Shown: positions 39,922 to 49,531 of the stretch, in pieces | Layout: the number at the start of each line of letters is the position of its first letter | How positions within the stretch are numbered: position 1 is the first letter of the stretch | From: Nitrospirota bacterium | Lineage (GTDB): Bacteria > Nitrospirota > UBA9217 | Direction: 5' to 3' | Length of the DNA stretch: 64,000 nucleotides | NCBI GenBank assembly: GCA_963737155.1 | Contig: CAVTRN010000002.1 | Span: 2,752,001-2,816,000, forward strand | The notes under the pieces: model-generated | The model's database searches: none | What the model was told of the DNA's origin: nothing | What the model saw: only the letters and a program-made list of their open reading frames with translations | Position numbers and translations under genes: made by a program

Positions 39922-41668
39922 ACCCGACCTGATGTTGCTCCATGCGCCGAGCGTCTTCAAATTCCGCGAGTTGCCGCTCTTCTTCGGCCCCGTGAGCGAT
40001 GTGGTTCCCTCTTCATCGATCTTCGAGATCTACCCGATTGGGTTCCTTACTATATCAGACTATCTAACTCGACACGGGATCTCCGTGAGGATCATGAACC
40101 TGGCGCTCAGAATGCTGCGCTCCCGATCATTTGATCCTGAGCGCTGCGTCAAGAACATGAATGCAACCGCCTTCGGCATCGACCTGCACTGGCTGCCCCA
40201 TGTCGACGGCAGTCTGAGTCTTGCCGAGCTTGTGAAAAAACATCATCCCGACAAACCAGTCATCCTCGGTGGCCTCAGCGCTACCTATTATCACGAAGAG
40301 ATCATGCGGGACTATCCCTTTGTAAATTTCGTCCTGTGTGGGGAATCGACAGAGGAACCGCTGCGAATGCTAATGGAGGCGATACGCGCGGGATCGGGTT
40401 ACGAGAACGTCCCGAACCTCGTCTGGAGAGACGAGAGTGGCCGCATGGTGAAGAACGAGTGGTCGTTCAAGCCAGAAAACCTCGACTATGTCGACTTTGA
40501 CTACTCACATCTTCTGAAGATGGCGATCAAGTACCGCGATCCGTCGGGGTATATCCCCTTCAAGTACTGGCTCAGCTACCCCGTAACGGCGGTTTTCTCC
40601 GTTCGTGGCTGCAACCACAACTGCGGAACCTGCGGCGGTTCAATATCCGCGTTCCGCACGGTCAGCGGGAGGTCACACGCCTGTTTTCGGTCTCCCGAGC
40701 GCGTGGCCAATGATATCCGGCGGATTGCCGATTATACCGGCGCTCCCGTCCTCGTTCTCGGCGATCTGCTCCAAGCCGGCCGCGCGTACAGCGATCGCTT
40801 TCTAGCTGCCGTCAAAAAATACCGCATAAAGAACGAAATCTGCGTCGAGTTCTTCAGCCCGCCTCCCGTCGAATTTCTGGAAAAAGTGGCCGGCTCCATT
40901 GAAACCTTCAACGTCGAAATCTCGCCGGAATCACATGACCTCAATATCCGGAAGATCTTCGGGAAAAACTATGACAATGCAGCGCTCGAAGATATGATTC
41001 GCACACTCCTTCGCGTAGGCTGCAGGCGGATCGACCTCTTCTTCATGGTCGGCCTACCGAACCAGACCTACCAATCCGTCATGGATACCGTCGCTTACTG
41101 TGGAGAGCTATTGGAAAAATACGGCAGCAACGGCAGGGTTCTCCCCTTGATCGCGCCGCTCGCTCCGTTCATCGATCCCGGCAGCGTTATCTTCGAGGAT
41201 CCCGGGAAATACGGCTACCGGTTTTTTTATAAGACACTCAAGGAACATAGGCAGGCCATGCTCAAACCGAGCTGGAAATTCGCGCTGAACTACGAAACTC
41301 AGTGGATGACGCGGGATGATATTGTTAGAGCCACATATGACGGAGCCCTGAAACTCCTCGCCATCAAGGAGCAGCACGGCGTAATCGGGCAGCATAACGC
41401 TCTGAAGATCCGGGACCATCTGGAACGTGCGGTCAAACTGAGCGAGAAGATTAGCAATCCGGAATATGTGGACGAGGCACTCAGGAAAGAAATTTTCAAA
41501 CTCAACACCCTAGACATCGTCTGCGGCAAGCATGAACTCGATTGGCCCATCAAGGGTTGGAAGCTGAACGTGCCAAATACCATGAAGCTCCTGGCCTCCG
41601 AAATCCACCGGGACATGAGGTCTCGAATTCCCTTTTTCCCCTTCCTGCCCGGCAAGCCAGATGTCTGA
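39914..41668 (+). CDS. B12-binding domain / radical SAM protein (TIGR04190-like)
   Basis: FEIYPIGF, GIDLHWLPH, ILGGLSA, RGCNHNCGTC, ISPESHD; start set at MPKPDL. Confidence 0.88.
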   Translation: MPKPDLMLLHAPSVFKFRELPLFFGPVSDVVPSSSIFEIYPIGFLTISDYLTRHGISVRIMNLALRMLRSRSFDPERCVKNMNATAFGIDLHWLPHVDGSLSLAELVKKHHPDKPVILGGLSATYYHEEIMRDYPFVNFVLCGESTEEPLRMLMEAIRAGSGYENVPNLVWRDESGRMVKNEWSFKPENLDYVDFDYSHLLKMAIKYRDPSGYIPFKYWLSYPVTAVFSVRGCNHNCGTCGGSISAFRTVSGRSHACFRSPERVANDIRRIADYTGAPVLVLGDLLQAGRAYSDRFLAAVKKYRIKNEICVEFFSPPPVEFLEKVAGSIETFNVEISPESHDLNIRKIFGKNYDNAALEDMIRTLLRVGCRRIDLFFMVGLPNQTYQSVMDTVAYCGELLEKYGSNGRVLPLIAPLAPFIDPGSVIFEDPGKYGYRFFYKTLKEHRQAMLKPSWKFALNYETQWMTRDDIVRATYDGALKLLAIKEQHGVIGQHNALKIRDHLERAVKLSEKISNPEYVDEALRKEIFKLNTLDIVCGKHELDWPIKGWKLNVPNTMKLLASEIHRDMRSRIPFFPFLPGKPDV

Positions 41669-41678
41669 TAAAGCCGAC

Positions 41679-41717
41679 AAAAAAGGGTGAACCTGCCCTA
41701 GCTGGTTCATCCTTTTT
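41679..41717. terminator. Rho-independent terminator (bidirectional-type)
   Basis: AAAAAGGGTGAACC...GGTTCATCCTTTTT. Confidence 0.75.
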
Positions 41718-41906
41718 CCCGTCCGTTCGCCTCGCGAAAACAACAACGGGCTAAGCGTTATAGATTTGCATAAATGGTTTTGAATATGCGCCGTTATTGC
41801 CTTATCGGTGACTGACAGCCGGTATGTTACCGTCCTCTATAGTTACATCCCGTTTAATTCGCTCATGTCTAAGACCTTTTATTATTCCCGCTTTTTTCTT
41901 TTATCG

Positions 41907-42085
41907 ATGCCTGAAGATCACGAGGTGCGGACGATATGGGAGTTGGCAGAACAACTGGATCTGAGCCGTTATTACGAGGACATTCACGCAGTAGAGGAAG
42001 TGGCCGACCGAGAAACGATATATCCGTGATTGCTTGTCAGTTCATGGATTAGCTCCTATTCGCAGGGAATCGGTTCGGTAATATC
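41907..42085 (+). pseudogene. IS1182-family transposase N-terminal fragment
   Basis: PEDHEVRTIWELAEQLDLSRYY..AVEEVADR...P*LLVSSWISSYSQGIGS. Confidence 0.65.
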
Positions 42086-42199
42086 ACCCCGCCTATCAAC
42101 GGCTGAACGGATGAAACCGGTCAATTATCACATGTTATCGAATTTTCGGGTAAACCGCAAGAATGCCTTGGAAAAATACTCATGTCCGTTTTCTTGTTT

Positions 42200-42366
42200 T
42201 CATGTTCCGCGCCTGAATGTAAGCATCATTTTGTCTTCAGTCACCCATTCTATGCTTTCTCTCTTTTCCAGCTCCAGCGCCTTTGCCAGGTTGCGGGACA
42301 AATCAAATAATACTGCCGGTTTTTATCGCCTCTTTGAATGACTTGTAGACTCGAGAAATAGCCCAC
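42200..42366 (-). pseudogene. Small AbrB-like transposon accessory gene, frameshifted
   Basis: MGYFSSLQVIQRGDKNRQYYLICPA / LAKALELEKRESIEWVTEDK. Confidence 0.5.
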
Positions 42367-42434
42367 GCTCACGCTTCAATCCGTTTTATTGAAGGGATAT
42401 CATATTACAAAATATTTAATTAATTCGCACCTTC

Positions 42435-42734
42435 TTACAGTTTAAGCACGAATTTAAAAAAACGATTCATGATCAGACCGGCGGCAGCACCCAGAAGCGC
42501 TCCAAACGCTGCAAGGAATCCCATGACGAGGACAAGAACCAGCATCACGGCGAAGGTATTCTGTCCACATGCCGGACCGAACATCCGGGTTACATCCTTT
42601 GCCGAGGCATCACGCCATGTGCCTTGTAGCGTGTCAGAGAAAAACATATCCATGGAGAAGGCTATCGCCAGTGTGACAACTGCGCCGATTCCCGCACCGA
42701 TGAGTACCGCTTTTTTCAATCCTTTATCGGACAT
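42435..42734 (-). CDS. Small two-TM membrane protein
   Basis: Two hydrophobic helices; same strand as and downstream of the ogg-like gene. Confidence 0.7.
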   Translation of the reverse strand: MSDKGLKKAVLIGAGIGAVVTLAIAFSMDMFFSDTLQGTWRDASAKDVTRMFGPACGQNTFAVMLVLVLVMGFLAAFGALLGAAAGLIMNRFFKFVLKL

Positions 42735-42786
42735 GGTAATCTCACTATCCTTTCCCAATCTATCGCATGTCGGCAGTCATAAACCA

Positions 42787-43440
42787 CTACTTCAATATTT
42801 CTCCCGTCGCGCGAGACCACAGTAGAAGGTCCAGATGGTCCATATCGATGCCGATCTCCCCGGCGAACTGCCGAAGCTTCTTCTCAATGGCAAGATAACC
42901 CGTGCGGCCAGTAGGACGCATCTGCTTCGAAATCACACCCAGTTCACGGAGGCTATTCAGTATATGCTTATCCAGGATGGCATATCCCGGATACCCGATG
43001 TTCCGGAGAAAGTGGCTTGCCTCTTTATAGCCGAGCCCTTTGATCGATTTGTTCTGTGCCAGGAAGTCTCGTCTTGCGTCGGAAGAATCGAACGAGTCCA
43101 GCAAAACGCGAAGTTTCATCCCGCAGGCGTCCTTCAGGTATTCTCGTGTCTGAACGATATAGGAAGGCCGAAGGTGCCAGAATCGCACACGATGCGCCTG
43201 CGCGCGTTCCTGCAGTTCTCTCTCACTGCCGGTATGGAGAATATCTTTCAACGCTTCAACAGTACGCATCCCCATCTTCGCACTGCTGCCGGCCGTTAGG
43301 ATGCAATAGCAGAGTTCCTCGAAGATAATCCGGTCACCTTTGCTGGAAACAGCCTTGAATTCGGCGAGGCGCTTTACGATGCGCGGTTTTTTCCCCCGGT
43401 AGTCTCTTTTCAACTCACGGATGAATTCTTTTCCAGGCAT
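42787..43440 (-). CDS. ogg: 8-oxoguanine N-glycosylase/DNA lyase (Ogg2, archaeal/Thermotoga type)
   Basis: FEELCYCILTA, IKGLGYKEASHFLRNIG, AILDKHIL, DLLLWSRATGEILK. Confidence 0.9.
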   Translation of the reverse strand: MPGKEFIRELKRDYRGKKPRIVKRLAEFKAVSSKGDRIIFEELCYCILTAGSSAKMGMRTVEALKDILHTGSERELQERAQAHRVRFWHLRPSYIVQTREYLKDACGMKLRVLLDSFDSSDARRDFLAQNKSIKGLGYKEASHFLRNIGYPGYAILDKHILNSLRELGVISKQMRPTGRTGYLAIEKKLRQFAGEIGIDMDHLDLLLWSRATGEILK

Positions 43441-43786
43441 TATAACCGCCCTTCAAATTATAAAGGTTCTTGTAGCCCATGCCCATTAGTCGTTTGATGG
43501 CCCAAATGCTCTGGTTCCCGTTCTGGCAGTAGACAACCAACTCCTTGTCCTTCTTCAGCTTTTTTACCTTATCACCGATTTCCGAAAGCTGCACATGCAC
43601 CGACCCGGGGATGTGCCCCTGCTCATACTCCTTGTCGGTCCGGACGTCGAGAATCACGATACCTCTTTTCTGGTCAAGCTTCTGTGCGGGAAGCTGTTTA
43701 ATCCCCACCCGGCTCAGGACACCGAAAATTCTATAGATGAGGTAGAGAGCAATGATAGAGAGCAGTATTGTTGATGCTGTGTCCAA
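43415..43786 (-). CDS. Membrane-anchored rhodanese-domain protein
   Basis: LDVRTDKEY, GHIPGS, VYCQNG, NLKGGYNAW; TTG start with GGAGG RBS. Confidence 0.88.
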   Translation of the reverse strand: MDTASTILLSIIALYLIYRIFGVLSRVGIKQLPAQKLDQKRGIVILDVRTDKEYEQGHIPGSVHVQLSEIGDKVKKLKKDKELVVYCQNGNQSIWAIKRLMGMGYKNLYNLKGGYNAWKRIHP

Positions 43787-43852
43787 ATAAAAACCTCCCC
43801 TGTTTTAGTTCAAAGATCAAAAGTCAGTGTCCAGCGCAAAAATAAATCCGGT

Positions 43853-46063
43853 TCAAGATTCAGAACTCTGAACTTTAAACTCTGCGCTCTGAACTCTTGA
43901 ACCTTGTGCAATCGGTAACTCGATGGTGAAACGGGCACCGTGCGGCATGTTCTGCTCCACGCGGATAGAACCGCTGTGGTCTTTTATGATCCTGAGTACA
44001 ATTGCAAGCCCCAGCCCGCTTTTTTTTCTCTTGCGCGAGAAGTCGGGCTGGAAGAGTTTCGGAACGTCTTCGGCCGAGATACCAGGCCCTTCGTCGGCCA
44101 CTTCTATTTGCGCCATGCCCGACGCGGTAACGTGCGCTGCGACCCATATCCGGCCTTTTCCGCGCATGGCTTCGACAGCATTTTCAAATAAATTGATGAA
44201 CACGCGCTTCATCTGCTCCTCGTCGAAAAGCACATCGGGCATGTCCGGCGCGATGTCGCGGAGGATGGAAATATCCTTGTGCGCCCCGCCATAGAGCTGG
44301 ACCACGCCTTCCAGAACCGGCGGCAACTGCAGGGGCACCGGGTTCGAGCTCGGCATGCGTGCGAAATTCGCGAACTCGTCGACGAGCTTTCGCAGTCCAT
44401 CCGCCTCATGAACGATCGTCCGGCTGCATTCGTCGAATACGGCATCAAAATCTGGCGCTCCATCCGCGTGTTTTTTCCGCAGCCGTTCTGCCGAAAGCTT
44501 GATCGGAGTCAATGGATTCTTGAACTCGTGGGCAATCCTCCGTGCCACGTCCTGCCAGGTTTCAGCTTTCTTCGCTCGCAGCAGCTCCGTCATGTCGTCG
44601 AAGGTGATAACCGACCCGGTCTGCGCGCCACCACCGTCCCGGAGCATCGTGATGCGCACTCTGAGTGTAAGCATCCGTCCGCGCACGCTGAGCGTCAATT
44701 CTTCCTCGGCTCGGCCATGCCCTTCTTCCAGCTTGCGGAAAAGTCCGCGGATTGGCTCCAGTTCTATAAATTCGAATGCCTCGTCGTAACGCTTGGTCAG
44801 TACATCTTCTTCCCGGATGCCGAGGATATCCGAAGCCGACTGATTGACCATCGTGATCCTTGCCGCACGGTCGATAGATACAACGCCCGTATCGATGTTC
44901 GACAGGATCGTTTTCTTAGAATTTACTTCCTGCTCAAGCTGCTCGCGGGAACTTTTAAGCTCCCGCGTCATTAAGTTAAACGAATCAATGAGAATGCCAA
45001 CCTCATCGCCGGACTTCTCATCAATCCTGTAATCAAATCTCCCCGCCGTGATAGCGGCTGTCCCTTCGGCCAGCTTCTTGATAGGCCCGGTGATGCCTGC
45101 TGCTACGCGGAGCGCGACCCAGATTGCGGCCAGAAGTAGTGCAAGCGTTACAGCAAGAAAACCAAGCCGATATGAAAGCTTGATAGGTTCCTTGCTTTTG
45201 AACGCCGACCGGTACTGCGCGTAGCCCTCACGAATGTCGGAGGCTTTCCGCGCCAAGTTCCAGGGTACATAATAGCTTACAGCAACAACGGCAGTCACCT
45301 GGCTCCCTTCCAGAGAATCATAGACGGGCACCACTGCCCTCAGGATATCTCCTTTACTTTCCGCGTTTGATACATCCGTAGCATTGTGTCCTGCGAAGGC
45401 ACCGGCCACAAGTCCGGCGGGAGTCTGCGTAAACGTTTTCGGGGGATAGTGATTGGTTACCACGGTTATGGCGCGCTTGTGCTGGTCTGTAAAAAGCTCC
45501 ACAGAACTCACACCGCATTCGGCAGCTTTTTTTATCAGGTATTCCTTGAGTTCCTGGTTCTCGAACCTAGACAGGAGCCTGGCTTCGGTCATCTGGCTGC
45601 TGATCTGCTTCCCGAACACCAAGGCGTCCTTCTGAAGCAGGTCGTAGTATTCCTGGGCTACGGAGACCGAATCCTTGAGCGAATTCTCAATGCGCAGGCT
45701 GAATAACCGCTCAATGCTGCTTGTGAACATGCCGCTTCCGATGAAAAACAGAAGGATGGGTGGAATGAATGACAAGCTGACAAAGGCAAAGACCAGTTTT
45801 GTCCTGAACCGAGCCCCCAGGACGCCGCGCTTTCGCTCCACCGAGAGTTTCCAGAGACTCTTGGCGATCATGAATATCACGGCCGCCAGGAGAAGGAAGT
45901 TCGCGTTGATGAGAAAAATGATCAGGAGGTTGTCGGAAAGGGGGCCTTCAAAACCCCGGTATTTGAGTTGAAGCACAATGACAAGCGCAGTAAGGGCCAG
46001 AAAAACAAATAAATAAATGACACCTCTCCAGCCGCTTTTACCCTTTTTTCTATCAATCACCAT
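43853..46063 (-). CDS. NtrY-like HAMP/PAS sensor histidine kinase
   Basis: GARFRTKLV, HAMP, WQDVARRIAHEFKNPLTPIKLSAERL. Confidence 0.9.
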   Translation of the reverse strand: MVIDRKKGKSGWRGVIYLFVFLALTALVIVLQLKYRGFEGPLSDNLLIIFLINANFLLLAAVIFMIAKSLWKLSVERKRGVLGARFRTKLVFAFVSLSFIPPILLFFIGSGMFTSSIERLFSLRIENSLKDSVSVAQEYYDLLQKDALVFGKQISSQMTEARLLSRFENQELKEYLIKKAAECGVSSVELFTDQHKRAITVVTNHYPPKTFTQTPAGLVAGAFAGHNATDVSNAESKGDILRAVVPVYDSLEGSQVTAVVAVSYYVPWNLARKASDIREGYAQYRSAFKSKEPIKLSYRLGFLAVTLALLLAAIWVALRVAAGITGPIKKLAEGTAAITAGRFDYRIDEKSGDEVGILIDSFNLMTRELKSSREQLEQEVNSKKTILSNIDTGVVSIDRAARITMVNQSASDILGIREEDVLTKRYDEAFEFIELEPIRGLFRKLEEGHGRAEEELTLSVRGRMLTLRVRITMLRDGGGAQTGSVITFDDMTELLRAKKAETWQDVARRIAHEFKNPLTPIKLSAERLRKKHADGAPDFDAVFDECSRTIVHEADGLRKLVDEFANFARMPSSNPVPLQLPPVLEGVVQLYGGAHKDISILRDIAPDMPDVLFDEEQMKRVFINLFENAVEAMRGKGRIWVAAHVTASGMAQIEVADEGPGISAEDVPKLFQPDFSRKRKKSGLGLAIVLRIIKDHSGSIRVEQNMPHGARFTIELPIAQGSRVQSAEFKVQSSES

Positions 46064-46219
46064 TATATCGGCAGAATACCAAAATCATCAGCCAAAAGCA
46101 AGGTCTGGTTTGGCCGGGATTTCATTAATTGTCTTGACAAACAAGAGGTTTCTCGTATATCTTAAGAAAAATAGTTTGCATAAATGATTGTCTTAGCGAG
46201 GCACAATCAGGAGGCAGGA

Positions 46220-47473
46220 ATGACCACAAGGAAGAGCGCCCTTATTCAGGCAGCATGTATTTCATTACTGATCATGCTCATTCCGGTCACCGCCGTCCCT
46301 CAGGAACAGAATGAGCCATCTGCGCAGCAACCAGTGGCAGAACCGTCTCAGCCGCAATCCGGGCCGACGGGAACGACGAGCGGCACGGCTGAAGGTGCGA
46401 AGCAATTACTAGCCGCGCCACAAACGGAAGAACCGCAGACCACCACCCCCCTTGCGGAACACTCAAATTCTGCCGGCGAGGAAAATACCGAGTATGTCAT
46501 TAAACAGGGCGATACGCTCTGGGACATTTCGAATACCTATCTCAAGGATCCCTTCCTGTGGCCGTTTATTTGGCAAGCAAACCCCTTCGTTGTAAACCCG
46601 GACCTGATATACGCGGGACAAAAACTTACCATCCCGAGCCTTGCTACTCTCGAGCAGGCCATGCAGACACCTTCTCCGAAATCACAGATCGTGGAAAAGC
46701 AGGCACAAGCAAGGGAGGAGGCCAGTGTTTTGCAGCACAAACAGGTGCAACCTCCGGGAGAAGAGACTGGTGGAGGCAATATCCTAATCCTTCCAAAGGA
46801 ACAGCCCAAGCCGATCATTGACATGTATGCCATGCTGAGCGCCGGCTTCATAAATGATGTGGAAAGCTCCGGTGTCATCATCGGTGCTGCAGGAGAGCCC
46901 AAAAAAACCATCTTCGGATATGGCGATTCAGTTTATGTCAAGTTCGGTTCGGCTGGGGATGTCAATGTCGGAGATAAATTCCTCATTTATGCGCCACTGA
47001 GAAGAGTCGACCATCCCCGTACCGGGAAAACTTACGGACGGCTTATCGCCGGTGTTGGCATACTGCAGGTCACTGCGAAGGATCCGTCCTCTGCATTGGC
47101 CACGGCGAAGATCACGCTTTCCTTCGATACCATCGAAAAAGATAACCTGTTGACGCCTTACCATGAACCGGCGTTGATCTACCCCTCGTCGGTTAAAAAA
47201 ATAAAGGACATCTCTGGATACATTATTGCGGTGAGAAACAATCAAACTATCGCCGGTCAGATGGATTTCGTCTACCTCGACAAGGGAAGTTCAGATGGCG
47301 TTGATCCCGGGGACAATTTCGTCGTCTATGCTGATTCAGAAAACTCGAGTGAACCCCAGGTAAACATCGGTGAAGTACAGGTGATACTTGTAAAGGAGCA
47401 CTCTTCCACCGCCATTGTACGCAGGAGTACCGATGTCATGACCAGTGGCAATGCCGTTGATTTTAAAAAATAG
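46220..47473 (+). CDS. LysM peptidoglycan-binding protein
   Basis: Signal peptide; YVIKQGDTLWDIS..PFLWPFIW..NPDLIY; VYLDKGSSDG. Confidence 0.88.
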   Translation: MTTRKSALIQAACISLLIMLIPVTAVPQEQNEPSAQQPVAEPSQPQSGPTGTTSGTAEGAKQLLAAPQTEEPQTTTPLAEHSNSAGEENTEYVIKQGDTLWDISNTYLKDPFLWPFIWQANPFVVNPDLIYAGQKLTIPSLATLEQAMQTPSPKSQIVEKQAQAREEASVLQHKQVQPPGEETGGGNILILPKEQPKPIIDMYAMLSAGFINDVESSGVIIGAAGEPKKTIFGYGDSVYVKFGSAGDVNVGDKFLIYAPLRRVDHPRTGKTYGRLIAGVGILQVTAKDPSSALATAKITLSFDTIEKDNLLTPYHEPALIYPSSVKKIKDISGYIIAVRNNQTIAGQMDFVYLDKGSSDGVDPGDNFVVYADSENSSEPQVNIGEVQVILVKEHSSTAIVRRSTDVMTSGNAVDFKK

Positions 47474-47534
47474 TTTCGTCCATATTTCCCAGTCTCTTTC
47501 GGCCCGGACTTTTCGGAGCGTTCCTCAACTTTTT

Positions 47535-48074
47535 CTATTTCAGGAAGGCGAAGAATCCGTTGAAAAAGTATACCAAGCCGAAAACCCCGGACAGCATACC
47601 AAAATACCAAAAAAACTTCTTCTTCATCAGTGCCGCGATCGATGAGAGCAGGATAGCGATCTGGAGGAACATAGCGGCAAGACCGAAGGCGCGGGAATGC
47701 TTTTGAGCTTGGTCGCGGGCCATCTCGAGCGACTTGGCGACTTTCATGATCTCGGCCTTTTCGGATTCATATTTCGTTATCTTGTTGGCATAATCGTCTA
47801 TTTTCTGTTTATAGTCCGCGGCCAGCGAACGAGATACGGACCCTTTCAGGGCCTTGAGGTCCATCTCGAACCGTTCCTTCTGAACATCATAAACATATTC
47901 CTTGATGCTCTTAGCCTGGTAATACGTCCATTGATCCGAGGACTGGGACTGGGACATCATCGCTTTAGATCCGTAGCCACCGCCATTGAGCGTAGAGAGC
48001 GTGGCGCAGACTGCGAAAATAACAGTCGTGAGCGCAAGGAAATTGAGCCAAGGCTCTTTCTTTTCTTCCACCAT
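47535..48074 (-). CDS. DUF4337 membrane protein
   Basis: SDQWTYYQAKSIK, LQIAILLSSIA. Confidence 0.85.
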   Translation of the reverse strand: MVEEKKEPWLNFLALTTVIFAVCATLSTLNGGGYGSKAMMSQSQSSDQWTYYQAKSIKEYVYDVQKERFEMDLKALKGSVSRSLAADYKQKIDDYANKITKYESEKAEIMKVAKSLEMARDQAQKHSRAFGLAAMFLQIAILLSSIAALMKKKFFWYFGMLSGVFGLVYFFNGFFAFLK

Positions 48075-48370
48075 GATAAAACCTCCAGGACGATAGGGTT
48101 GTATTATTAACTGCGCATAGTAACGAAATCACACTCCTTAGTCAATAGAAAGCAGATCCTTGCTCCTTCCGCTCCCATTCGCTCAATGCCCCCTGCAATA
48201 CCAAAAGATGCCCTTGCCGGACAAGCGTGCTTGAATAAATGATATAGAAAATGACGGGGGGCAAGTTAACCTATCCTGTAATGTAGCGAGCATAACGGTT
48301 CATTGCAATCTTATGGATTTCCTGCTACATTTTAAATGAACCTAATAAACGAAGAGGAAAGGACAACTAG

Positions 48371-49459
48371 ATGATTATCGGCATCCCCCGCGAAATCAAG
48401 GTCGAGGAGTTCCGTGTCGGAATAACGCCTTTCGGCGTGCAGGACCTTGTGCAGGAAGGCCACAGGCTCCTCATTGAAACTAATGCAGGAGCGGGCAGCG
48501 GCTTTGCAGACAGGGATTATTTAAAAGCCGGAGCGGAAATCGTTGACAATAATCAGGTATTCAGCCGGTCTGAACTCATCGTTAAGGTCAAGGAGCCAAT
48601 CCCGCTGGAATATGAGTTGATCAGGGAAGGGCAGGCGCTTTTCACATACCTTCACCTTGCCCCCAACCGCGAACTTACGGACGTATTGCTCAGAAAAAAA
48701 GTTACCGCTATTGGTTACGAAACGCTCACGAAGGACGGCAACCTTCCCCTTCTCGCCCCAATGAGCGAAATCGCCGGCAGAATGGCGCCGCTCATGGGCA
48801 TCCATTATCTTCAAAAATTTAAGGGCGGTTCGGGCATTCTCGCGACCGGCGCGAGCGGCGTCAAACCAGCCAAGATTGTGATACTGGGAGCCGGGGTAGT
48901 TGGTACGAACGCGGCCCGCGTCGCATCGAACCTCGGGATGGAAACCGTGGTCATGAACAAGGACATGGAGCGGCTTCAGAAAATCGATGAGATGTTCATG
49001 GGGCGGGTCATGACCCTTCCCGTCACGGTCCAGACCATAGCAGGGGAAATCAGGGACGCTGACATAATCATCGGAGCAGTTCTTGTTCCCGGCGGCAGGA
49101 CCCCCATTCTTATAACGCGTCAGATGCTCGGGACCTTGAAAAAGGGGTCGGTGATCGTGGATGTGGCAGTGGACCAGGGAGGTTGCATCGAAACATCCCG
49201 CCCCACCACGCACGACGACCCCGTGTACAAGGTCGACGATGTTATTCATTACTGCGTAGCGAACATGCCCGGCGCCTATCCGAGGACATCAACGCTGGCA
49301 CTCACGAACGCGACACTCCCCTATGTTAAAATCATCGCTGCTGACGGGATCAGGAAAGCGGTACAGACGGATTCGATCATACGGAGCGCGCTGAACACCT
49401 ATCAAGGTAAGATCGTAAACAAAGCTTTGTCGGAATCGATGGGGTTTACGAAGAATTAA
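48371..49459 (+). CDS. ald: Alanine dehydrogenase
   Basis: IGIPREIK, KVKEP, PMSEIAGR, VDQGGCIETS, CVANMPGA. Confidence 0.96.
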   Translation: MIIGIPREIKVEEFRVGITPFGVQDLVQEGHRLLIETNAGAGSGFADRDYLKAGAEIVDNNQVFSRSELIVKVKEPIPLEYELIREGQALFTYLHLAPNRELTDVLLRKKVTAIGYETLTKDGNLPLLAPMSEIAGRMAPLMGIHYLQKFKGGSGILATGASGVKPAKIVILGAGVVGTNAARVASNLGMETVVMNKDMERLQKIDEMFMGRVMTLPVTVQTIAGEIRDADIIIGAVLVPGGRTPILITRQMLGTLKKGSVIVDVAVDQGGCIETSRPTTHDDPVYKVDDVIHYCVANMPGAYPRTSTLALTNATLPYVKIIAADGIRKAVQTDSIIRSALNTYQGKIVNKALSESMGFTKN

Positions 49460-49531
49460 CACGGCCTCGCCACACGAGAGCAGGTACTCCTGATCAAATT
49501 CGAAAACAAGTTTTCTTGTCAGCCTTCTGCA

